A stretch of DNA of 23,473 nucleotides from Erysipelotrichaceae bacterium (lineage in GTDB: Bacteria; Bacillota_I; Bacilli_A; Erysipelotrichales; Coprobacillaceae). Numbering within the stretch: position 1 is the stretch's first letter; the number at the start of each line of letters is the position of its first letter. The DNA lies in the NCBI GenBank assembly GCA_028698185.1, contig JAQVDW010000026.1, positions 1 to 23,473 of the forward strand, given 5' to 3'. This document shows positions 1-9,259 of the stretch, piece after piece. The position numbers and the translations under genes were made by a program. The notes under the pieces are model-generated. The model did not search any database and had not been told where the DNA came from. It saw nothing but the letters and a program-made list of their open reading frames with translations.

Positions 1-154
1 GACCTTTCTCATCATATACCTCCAAATAATCATAGAGGTTCATGTTATCATACTTTGGGAATTGGATATACAACTTTGGGACATAATCAATTTCCTTACA
101 TTAAGACAATATCATATTCGATTCATAGTTGTTTTAAAAAAATTAAATTTTCAC

Positions 155-183
155 TTGCATTATTGCTCGAGATATCATATACT
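155..183 (+). promoter_or_regulatory. Sigma-A-type promoter for tRNA-Leu copy A
   Basis: TTGCAT (155-160), a 17-nt spacer, then TATACT (178-183). An A/T-rich tract lies upstream (133-150). The tRNA starts about 20 nt downstream. Confidence 0.6.
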
Positions 184-202
184 AATCAAGTACCGCAAAG
201 CT

Positions 203-287
203 GCCCGGGTGGCGAAATTGGTATACGCACTTGACTCAAAATCAAGCGATGAAAATCATGCCGGTTCGAGTCCGGCTTCGGGCACCA
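203..287 (+). tRNA. tRNA-Leu (anticodon CAA), class II with long variable arm, CCA encoded
   Basis: Acceptor GCCCGGG pairs with TTCGGGC (two G-U pairs). The anticodon stem is CTTGA/TCAAG with loop CTCAAAA, giving anticodon CAA. The variable arm is ATGA-aaa-TCAT. The T arm is GCCGG-TTCGAGT-CCGGC. The 3' end reads A-CCA. Confidence 0.93.
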
Positions 288-300
288 TTTTAAAAACAAG

Positions 301-342
301 GCTTACGAATGAAGAATCCTCTTTAGTCGCTAAGCTTTTTTT
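301..342 (+). terminator. Intrinsic terminator after tRNA-Leu copy A
   Basis: GCTTACGA (301-308) pairs with TCGcTAAGC (327-335, one bulge). An inner AAGA/TCTT helix is present. A T7 run follows (336-342). Confidence 0.7.
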
Positions 343-394
343 GTACGATGAAATCATGCAGGGGGTTGTTATAAAGGGATTGTGAAAATTTTGC

Positions 395-423
395 TTGCAT
401 TATTCCTTTGAATGTCATATACT
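395..423 (+). promoter_or_regulatory. Sigma-A-type promoter for tRNA-Leu copy B
   Basis: TTGCAT (395-400), a 17-nt spacer, then TATACT (418-423). This is the paralogue of the 155-183 promoter. Confidence 0.6.
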
Positions 424-442
424 AGTCAAGTACCGCATAGCT

Positions 443-527
443 GCCCGGGTGGCGAAATTGGTATACGCACTTGACTCAAAATCAAGCGATGAAAATCATG
501 CCGGTTCGAGTCCGGCTTCGGGCACCA
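443..527 (+). tRNA. tRNA-Leu (anticodon CAA), second identical copy
   Basis: Base-for-base identical to 203-287. Confidence 0.93.
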
Positions 528-540
528 TTTTAAAAACAAG

Positions 541-582
541 GCTTACGAATAAAGAATCCTCTTTAGTCGCTAAGCTTTTTTT
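541..582 (+). terminator. Intrinsic terminator after tRNA-Leu copy B
   Basis: Same hairpin as 301-342, followed by a T-run (576-582). Confidence 0.7.
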
Positions 583-608
583 ATTATAGCAAAAAGGGGG
601 AATCGCAA

Positions 609-1340
609 ATGCATGTGGCAAAAGGAATTTTCAAATCGGATAATATAGCCAAATTGAACGATCTGGAAACCCGGGTATTTCATTATGTCCTGAACAACCA
701 TGAACTTGTGAGCTACCTGCCGATACGCGACCTGGCTCAAAAGACAGGCGTGTCAACAAGCACGGTGCTTCGTTTCGTTAACAAGATGGGATTTCCCAGC
801 TACAATGATTTCAAGTACGCTTATCGCCAATACTGGGAAAACGAGAGGAATTACCAGAGGGACTATGACTTCTCTGCGGTGACCAACTGTTTGGATAAAT
901 TCGGCTCCGAATATTACCGGGATCTGTTCGATGATGCGTTGTCAATGATTGTCCAAAGCAAAAATGTCTTTTTTGTCGGTATCGGCAACAGTGCGGCAAC
1001 TTGTCAATACGGGGCCAGGCGATTCACCAACGCCGGAAAATTATCCTTTGCCTTGAGCGATCCATATCTGAACATTGATAAAAACTACCGGGATGCGACG
1101 ATAATCGTGGTTTCCGTAAGTGGCCAAACCCGCGAAGTCATTGACCTTGTGACCAATGCCAAGCAGTCCCACTGCAAGATAATCGCAATCACCACCACTC
1201 CGGATTCGCCTCTAGCCAAATTATCCGACCTAGTCATTCCCACCTATATCAAGAAGATCGGGGTTGTCGGATTTGACATGACCAGCCAGATTCCGGCTAT
1301 CGCCATAATCGAAAATCTATCCACGATGAGTTTCAGTTGA
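609..1340 (+). CDS. MurR/RpiR-family transcriptional regulator (N-terminal HTH + C-terminal SIS sugar-phosphate-binding domain)
   Basis: 243-aa ORF. The HTH region reads IRDLAQKTGVSTSTVLRFVNKMGF. The SIS-like part reads FFVGIGNSA...IIVVSVSGQTREV...IIAITT. RBS AAGGGGGA lies 7 nt before the ATG. Confidence 0.9.
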   Translation: MHVAKGIFKSDNIAKLNDLETRVFHYVLNNHELVSYLPIRDLAQKTGVSTSTVLRFVNKMGFPSYNDFKYAYRQYWENERNYQRDYDFSAVTNCLDKFGSEYYRDLFDDALSMIVQSKNVFFVGIGNSAATCQYGARRFTNAGKLSFALSDPYLNIDKNYRDATIIVVSVSGQTREVIDLVTNAKQSHCKIIAITTTPDSPLAKLSDLVIPTYIKKIGVVGFDMTSQIPAIAIIENLSTMSFS

Positions 1341-1420
1341 TGAAAAACATCGTGTTTTTTTTATGTAACAGCAATCAGACGGAGATTGGCATTGCTTGAA
1401 TCGCCGGGGCTATTTATTTT

Positions 1421-1429
1421 TGTGATAAT
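1421..1429 (+). promoter_or_regulatory. Extended -10 promoter (TGtGATAAT) for the PTS/bgl operon
   Basis: TG at 1421-1422, one nt, then GATAAT at 1424-1429. No good -35 is present. It lies inside the spurious TTG-initiated N-terminal extension of the EIIC ORF. Confidence 0.5.
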
Positions 1430-1511
1430 AATCCGTATACTGATACCAGATAAGAAAACACTTACATTCTTATCCGTTGTTTTGGCCAAACAATGTCAAT
1501 GGGAGGATATT

Positions 1512-4290
<2,779 letters not shown>

Positions 4291-4304
4291 AATAGAGGTG
4301 TTAT

Positions 4305-4952
4305 ATGAAAAAGCTGTTAGGAAAAATTCGAAATGATCAGGCCAATGAATTGAGCATGGTCAAAAGGTTGGTCAGTTACGGGCTTGACTGGTATGTGGGA
4401 GCGATGATCGCCTCACTGCCGATTATCATCACATATATGTTCAGAAACGACGAAGTCGGGATTGTGCCAATGAGTTTGTCTGTCCTTTCAACTCCTGACA
4501 GCTTGTCAGCTGGCGGAGTATCGTTTCTAGTGGCAATCGGTTACTATGCGCTTGTTCCGGCCTTGGTATGGCCGGGCCAGACACTTGGCAAAAAGATGCT
4601 GAAACTGAAGATTGTCTCAAACGATTATCGTCAAGCCAGAATCAGACAAATTTTCAATCGCCAGATTCTGGCAATCCTGATTGTCGAGGGGAGCGTCTAC
4701 TCCTCGAGCAATATTCTCCACCAGTTGCTGACAATTCTGTTCAAGGTCAATATTGCGGGTGTTTATGGATACCTGGGGCTGGGAGTCACAGGGATTTCCA
4801 TTGGGCTTGTTTTGATCCTGAAATCAAAAAGGGCTCTTCATGATTTCATTGCGGGAACACGCGTGGTTGATCTGGGGGCGATCAGCTACCAAAACATCCA
4901 GAAGAAGATCAAAAAGACCGACAGGAAGCAGCTGCGTTTTTCAAAAGGATAA
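4305..4952 (+). CDS. RDD-family integral membrane protein (function unknown)
   Basis: 215-aa ORF with RBS AGAGGTG. The motifs KRLVSYGLDWYVG...GQTLGKKMLKLKIV...R fit the R-D-D pattern, and there are several TM segments. It sits 14 nt after bglA, so it is probably co-transcribed. Confidence 0.65.
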   Translation: MKKLLGKIRNDQANELSMVKRLVSYGLDWYVGAMIASLPIIITYMFRNDEVGIVPMSLSVLSTPDSLSAGGVSFLVAIGYYALVPALVWPGQTLGKKMLKLKIVSNDYRQARIRQIFNRQILAILIVEGSVYSSSNILHQLLTILFKVNIAGVYGYLGLGVTGISIGLVLILKSKRALHDFIAGTRVVDLGAISYQNIQKKIKKTDRKQLRFSKG

Positions 4953-4971
4953 TCCAATTTATCCTTTTTTT
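4943..4971 (+). terminator. Intrinsic terminator ending the EIIC-bglA-RDD operon
   Basis: A perfect 10-bp stem AAAAGGATAA (4943-4952) / TTATCCTTTT (4959-4968) with a 6-nt loop. The T-run extends to 4971. The stop codon is inside the stem. Confidence 0.8.
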
Positions 4972-5012
4972 GCCATATGGAAATGGGAGATATAGTGTTG
5001 TTTCCTTAAATG

Positions 5013-5021
5013 TGATAGAAT
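5013..5021 (+). promoter_or_regulatory. Extended -10 promoter (TGaTAGAAT) for the second RpiR gene
   Basis: TG at 5013-5014, one nt, then TAGAAT at 5016-5021. The ORF-track ATG at 5020 overlaps this hexamer, which argues for the ATG at 5038 as the real start. Confidence 0.5.
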
Positions 5022-5037
5022 GTTCAGTGGTGATAAT

Positions 5038-5784
5038 ATGGTAACTATTGATAAGATAAAACTTTTGAATGAGCTCGAGTACCAGATATATATCTATCTG
5101 GTCAATAATAAGACGAAGGTTGCGAGCCAAAAGCTCAAGGCGGTCGCCGATTCGCTTCATGTCTCGCCTTCCATGGTGACCAGAGTGCTTCAGAAACTCG
5201 GCTTTGAAGGGTTCACCCAATTCAAAGTCCAGTTACGGCTGCAAATAAGCCAAGATGACCAGATCCAGGAAGATGGCATCGACTATCTTCTCGATTACTT
5301 CAACAAGATGAAAAATCCAGCCACAGTGGAGCCGATAAAGACTGCGGCACTTCTGATGGGAGAGGCTAGGGAAATCCTGTTTTTTGGCGTCGGTCTGTCG
5401 GGGGCGATGGGAAAATACGGTTCCTATCTGTTCAACCGCAATGGAATAAAGAGTTTCCCAATCGAGGATTTTTCACACCGGTTCGACATCTATGACAGGA
5501 ACACTTGTGTGATTGTGTTGACCATCAGCGGGGAGACAAGGGAAGTCCTTGATCAGATCAAAGAAATAAAGCAGACCGGAGCGAAAGTGGTAGTCATTGC
5601 GAATTCTCAAAACACCACAGCCAGCAAACTTGGCGATGCGACAATAAGCTATTATGTTCCCAGCTCCAAGAACCGCTATTTCTATTCTGATGCGACCCAG
5701 GTACCGGTCATGTATATTTTCGAGACTCTGATAAAAGAAATAAACGACCTAAAAGGTCAAAAGGGGCAATTCGATGGGACTTAG
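5038..5784 (+). CDS. MurR/RpiR-family transcriptional regulator (HTH + SIS), paralogue of 609-1340
   Basis: The HTH region reads LKAVADSLHVSPSMVTRVLQKLGF. The SIS part reads LFFGVGLSGA...VIVLTISGETREV...VVVIANS. The start is placed at 5038 (GGTGA 6 nt upstream). 5020 is the alternative. Confidence 0.87.
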   Translation: MVTIDKIKLLNELEYQIYIYLVNNKTKVASQKLKAVADSLHVSPSMVTRVLQKLGFEGFTQFKVQLRLQISQDDQIQEDGIDYLLDYFNKMKNPATVEPIKTAALLMGEAREILFFGVGLSGAMGKYGSYLFNRNGIKSFPIEDFSHRFDIYDRNTCVIVLTISGETREVLDQIKEIKQTGAKVVVIANSQNTTASKLGDATISYYVPSSKNRYFYSDATQVPVMYIFETLIKEINDLKGQKGQFDGT

Positions 5785-7264
5785 CGTAAATAAGCTTTTT
5801 AGCGACAATATGGTGCTTCAACGAGATGTTGTATTCTATGTTTCGGGTAAAGGTGAACCAGGGATGCAAGTCCGGGTCAAGATCCAAAACCAGGAACAAT
5901 CGGCAGTCGTCGCAGGAAATTCGTGGCGGGTTGCCATCGGGCCTTTGAAAACCGGCTTTTGCGAGGAGTTGGTCATTGAAGCAAACGGCGATACGATTAA
6001 ATTCAAAAATGTGGCAGTCGGTGATGTTTTCCTGCTTGCGGGACAGTCGAATATCGAATTCGAGTTTTACCAGAGCGCAGCCTTCAAGAATGATCTGCCG
6101 TATTGCAAAAACAATGGGATCCGCTACCTCGAGATTCCTCGGATTGAATATCGAAAGGACGGACGCACCTATCCGGATTTGAAGACTGAGCCCTGGGCTG
6201 TTTGCGACCAGGAAACTGCGCCGGCGATGTCGGCCGTTGGCCTGTATTTCGCCCACTTTTTGAACCGCGATAAAAATATCCCAATCGGACTCATTTCCAT
6301 GAACAAAGGTGGCAGCTCGGCCTCATGCTGGATAAGTGAGACCTATCTCAAAAAAGATGATTCTGTTTTTAAAAAATACTGGCTCGATTATTATGAGGGT
6401 ATAAATGACCAGTCAGACAGCCAGGAGGATGAGGCTAGAGCCAAGTACAACCTGAGTCTCAATCAATATCTGACCCGGCTCGAGGAATATCACAATCTTT
6501 ATCCTGAAAGGTCGACAAGCCAGATGAAAAAGGACCTTGGTCACACGCCTTGGCCCCCGCCCAAAGGCAAAAGGGATGCGTTCAGGCCATCGGGGCTGTA
6601 TGATATGATGTTTAAACTAGTGAAGGATTTCCGGTTCAAAAGCGTGATATACTATCAAGGTGAGGAGGACACGCGTCATGGGGAAATTTACAAGCGGCTT
6701 TTAAGCCTGCTGATTGAAAACTGGCGCGAGGATTTCCAAAATGAAGTGCCATTTGTGATTGTGGCTTTGCCCGAATACAATGATGACAAGAACGACAAGT
6801 GGTCACTTGTCCGGGACGCCCAGGGGGAAGTCTGTGCGAATCACCCGGGTGCTTACCTTGTTGTAAGTCTCAACTGCGGCGAGGAGTTCAATATCCACCC
6901 TCAAGAAAAGGTGGAATTGGCTTACCGGATCTTTGCGCGGGTAAAAGAGGCGTTCTACGATCATGGATATGCCGGCCATGCGCCGTGTATTGTCAAAACG
7001 GCTGTCCAAAACGGCATATTGACTCTGGGATTCGATCAGAATATCAGGGTTGCCGGTCCAATCGAGATATTGGCAGATGGAAAAGCGGTTGAATCGGTGA
7101 CGACTGATGGGAATAATCTTTCTATTGCCATAACACCGGGTTGTCTGAAGGTCGAATATTGTCACCGGAATTATTGCAAAAGCCATATTGTGGGCCGCAA
7201 CAATCTTCCGATTGCCGGATTCGAGATTGACTTGGCAAGATTAAATCAAGTCAATCGTTATTAA
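5774..7264 (+). CDS. Sialate O-acetylesterase-like (SASA/NanS-type SGNH-related) carbohydrate esterase, cytoplasmic
   Basis: N-terminus LFSDNMVLQRD. Serine motif LLAGQSN. C-terminal motif NIHPQEKVELAYR. No signal peptide. It overlaps the RpiR gene by 11 nt. Confidence 0.8.
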   Translation: MGLSVNKLFSDNMVLQRDVVFYVSGKGEPGMQVRVKIQNQEQSAVVAGNSWRVAIGPLKTGFCEELVIEANGDTIKFKNVAVGDVFLLAGQSNIEFEFYQSAAFKNDLPYCKNNGIRYLEIPRIEYRKDGRTYPDLKTEPWAVCDQETAPAMSAVGLYFAHFLNRDKNIPIGLISMNKGGSSASCWISETYLKKDDSVFKKYWLDYYEGINDQSDSQEDEARAKYNLSLNQYLTRLEEYHNLYPERSTSQMKKDLGHTPWPPPKGKRDAFRPSGLYDMMFKLVKDFRFKSVIYYQGEEDTRHGEIYKRLLSLLIENWREDFQNEVPFVIVALPEYNDDKNDKWSLVRDAQGEVCANHPGAYLVVSLNCGEEFNIHPQEKVELAYRIFARVKEAFYDHGYAGHAPCIVKTAVQNGILTLGFDQNIRVAGPIEILADGKAVESVTTDGNNLSIAITPGCLKVEYCHRNYCKSHIVGRNNLPIAGFEIDLARLNQVNRY

Positions 7265-7297
7265 ATGGAGATATCGTCTTTAAATCGGGCTGATCTG

Positions 7298-7306
7298 TGT
7301 TATAAT
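7298..7306 (+). promoter_or_regulatory. Extended -10 promoter (TGtTATAAT) upstream of the kinase pair
   Basis: TG at 7298-7299, one nt, then a perfect TATAAT at 7301-7306. It lies in the 99-bp gap after the esterase gene. Confidence 0.55.
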
Positions 7307-7363
7307 TATAACATATGACTTCATTGTCTTGATGCAGATGAATTTTCAAACGGGGATGGAACA

Positions 7364-8173
7364 ATGTTTAAGACGAAAATAATAGACGAACAATTTTTAC
7401 ATGAATACCTTGATGCTTACGGGTTTCCCGCGACCATCAAAGGTGAATTCGTGGCGATATCTTTGGACAACTTGGGCGAGAAGCAAAAGGAGCTTTTGAT
7501 AAACCTGGCGCATCTGACCCTTTTCGAGATCTGCCGGCTCCATGACAAGTCGGGCTGTTCATTGGAATTGTCACATGAATACTTCCTGATCAAATACGAA
7601 TATCTTCTCTATATGATACTTTGCGAGAAAATTGAAAATCAGGATTACAACGAATACCTGCTTGTCGCCATTGATGGCAATTGTTGCGCCGGGAAGACTA
7701 CCCTGGCCAAGATTCTTGGGGATTTCTTCGAGGCTACGGTTATCCATATGGATGATTATTTCCTGCCAAAAGAAAGATACACGGAAGACCTGCAGGATGA
7801 AATCGGCGGCAATATCGATATCAACCGCCTTAAGGAAGAGGTGTTGGACAATGACGAGGTCGTCATCAACAGGTTTGACTGCAAAACTCAAACATACCAT
7901 CACGAAAAGACGGTGGCGAAAAAAGGGGTGATCGTCATCGAAGGGACTTTCTCATTGCTTGAAGCGGTAAGCCGCCATATCGATTATGCGGTCATCTTGA
8001 CGATCAGCTCGCCCGACCAGAAAATCCGCCTGATTCAAAGGGAGAGCGGGGATATGGTGGAAGAATTTGAAACGAAATGGTTGCCCCAGGAAAGAAAATA
8101 TCTAAATTTGCTTGACTATGCCAAAGTGAATTTTTATATAAACAGCAAAAACATTGATAAGGAGACAGAGTAA
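7364..8173 (+). CDS. P-loop kinase of the uridine-kinase-like family with an uncharacterised ~100-aa N-terminal extension
   Basis: Walker A motif IDGNCCAGKTTLAKIL, followed by VIHMDDYF and VIVIEGTF, in the usual uridine-kinase-like order. I recognise no motif in residues 1-98. Confidence 0.6.
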   Translation: MFKTKIIDEQFLHEYLDAYGFPATIKGEFVAISLDNLGEKQKELLINLAHLTLFEICRLHDKSGCSLELSHEYFLIKYEYLLYMILCEKIENQDYNEYLLVAIDGNCCAGKTTLAKILGDFFEATVIHMDDYFLPKERYTEDLQDEIGGNIDINRLKEEVLDNDEVVINRFDCKTQTYHHEKTVAKKGVIVIEGTFSLLEAVSRHIDYAVILTISSPDQKIRLIQRESGDMVEEFETKWLPQERKYLNLLDYAKVNFYINSKNIDKETE

Positions 8174-9069
8174 TGAAATACGCAGTTGCAATTGATATCG
8201 GAGGGACGAATTCCCGTGTGGCCCTGATTGATGAGGACTACAAAATCATCGAGCGGGTTCAGTTCCCGACCTTGGCGTCGGATCCGGATGCCACTATCGC
8301 TAGAATCGTGGAAACGATCAAAAGTTTCAAGGTGGAAGTTCTTGGAGTCGGGCTTTCTTGTCCGGGACCTTTGGATTTGCTTAACGGAGTCGTTCTTGAT
8401 ACGCCAAACCTGCACGGGGCATGGCACAATTTTAAAATCGAAAAGGCGTTGGCAAACGCCACCAAATTGCCGGTTTATCTGCAAAATGATGCGAACCTGG
8501 CTGCCCTGGCCGAAGCGGTCATCGGTTTGGGGAAGGACAAGCGCTTTGTCCAGTTCCTGACAATCTCTACTGGACTTGGTTCAGGTCAGGTGATCGACAA
8601 GGAAATCTACATCGGGGCTCATGGTTACGCCCATGAGATCGCGAACATGATCCTTTGGCGTGACGGACCGCAACACGGTTCGATCCTTCCAGGTGGAATC
8701 GAAGCCATCTGTTCGGGTACGGCAATTGTCAACCGCGCATTGGCGGCCGGGCTGAGCGTCAGACATGCCGGTGAAGTCAATGACCTGGCGGTCCAAGGGA
8801 ACAAGGCGGCCAGCACAATCATGGATGACGCCAAGGAATATCTGGCCAACGGCATTGCGACCCTGATCGCGATCACCGATCCGGAAATCATTATCCTGGG
8901 CGGTTCGGTTGCCATCAAGATTGACGGTTTCGTCGAAGAAGTTGAACGCAAGGTCAAAGCCAAAATCTTCCCAGGCCTAAAAGACAAAATCAGCGTTGTC
9001 AAATCAAACCTGTCAGAAGACAGTGGCCTGTTGGGTGGGGCATGTCTTGTCTTCACGAAAGCTGCCTGA
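8173..9069 (+). CDS. ROK-family sugar kinase (zinc-motif-less variant)
   Basis: Motifs AIDIGGTNSRVAL, GVGLSCPGPLD, LQNDANLAALAE and ISTGLGSGQV are present. The start overlaps the upstream stop (TAATG), and AAGGAG lies upstream. Confidence 0.85.
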   Translation: MKYAVAIDIGGTNSRVALIDEDYKIIERVQFPTLASDPDATIARIVETIKSFKVEVLGVGLSCPGPLDLLNGVVLDTPNLHGAWHNFKIEKALANATKLPVYLQNDANLAALAEAVIGLGKDKRFVQFLTISTGLGSGQVIDKEIYIGAHGYAHEIANMILWRDGPQHGSILPGGIEAICSGTAIVNRALAAGLSVRHAGEVNDLAVQGNKAASTIMDDAKEYLANGIATLIAITDPEIIILGGSVAIKIDGFVEEVERKVKAKIFPGLKDKISVVKSNLSEDSGLLGGACLVFTKAA

Positions 9070-9092
9070 TTCATTATCGAACAATATTGAGG

Positions 9093-9127
9093 GACTGGAA
9101 TCTTATCTTGATTCCGGTCTTTTTTTA
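9093..9127 (+). terminator. Intrinsic terminator after the kinase pair
   Basis: GACTGGAATC (9093-9102) pairs with GATTCCGGTC (9110-9119) around a 7-nt loop. A T8 run follows (9120-9127). Confidence 0.85.
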
Positions 9128-9185
9128 TTGCGGCGGCAATCGGAGGGGTTAATTTTCCTTAATATTCCCAATTGGGTAATAGTTG

Positions 9186-9194
9186 TGGTATAAT
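9186..9194 (+). promoter_or_regulatory. Extended -10 promoter (TGgTATAAT) for the transporter pair
   Basis: TG at 9186-9187, one nt, then TATAAT at 9189-9194. A leader of about 60 nt follows. Confidence 0.55.
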
Positions 9195-9259
9195 TTCTTA
9201 AAACAAATACGGCCGGATCGGTTGTGAAACGATTGCTTGGCCATGAACCGGGGGGGAAT

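Larger units (their letters stand above)
145..582 (+). repeat. Tandem duplication of a ~198-bp promoter + tRNA-Leu + terminator unit (copy A 145-342, copy B 385-582; 240-bp period, 42-bp unique spacer)
   Basis: Direct comparison of the two copies. The tRNA bodies are identical. The flanks differ by a few substitutions, e.g. g311 vs a551 in the terminator loop and several in the -35/-10 spacer. Confidence 0.9.

Noticed and set aside
1-15. Possible start of a minus-strand CDS leaving the left edge (GGAGG at 23-19, ATG ATG AGA AAG GTC).
   Set aside because: Only 4-5 codons are visible, which is too little to call a gene or a product. It is mentioned only as context for the 52-81 repeat.
62-589. 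ORF-track ORFs 62-385 and 395-589 (107 and 64 aa).
   Set aside because: They run straight through the two tRNA-Leu genes, their promoters and their terminators. The shared peptide (AARVAKLVYALDSKSSDENHAGSSPASG...) is just the translated tRNA repeat.
1364-1377. cre-like sequence TGTAACAGCAATCA upstream of the PTS operon promoter.
   Set aside because: It has two mismatches to TGWAANCGNTNWCA, including the central CG. It also lies upstream of the -35 region. That is not strong enough to call a CcpA site.
1386-1511. N-terminal extensions offered by the ORF track: 1386 for EIIC, and similarly 2854, 5020, 9224, 16465, 21217 (minus), 22377 and 23121 (minus).
   Set aside because: In each case a downstream ATG has a proper Shine-Dalgarno and matches the usual family N-terminus. 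Several of the extensions start upstream of, or on top of, the predicted promoter.
1436-1511. BglG/LicT-type RAT antiterminator in the bgl operon leader.
   Set aside because: There is no match to the RAT consensus as I recall it, and no BglG-family regulator gene nearby. The hairpin present is reported only as an unexplained inverted repeat.
9195-9259. Possible small riboswitch (e.g. mini-ykkC/guanidine-II ACGR hairpins) in the MFS leader, which contains ACGG and ACGA.
   Set aside because: The flanking bases do not form the required C-G-closed stems. Only a 4-bp ATCG/CGAT helix is available.
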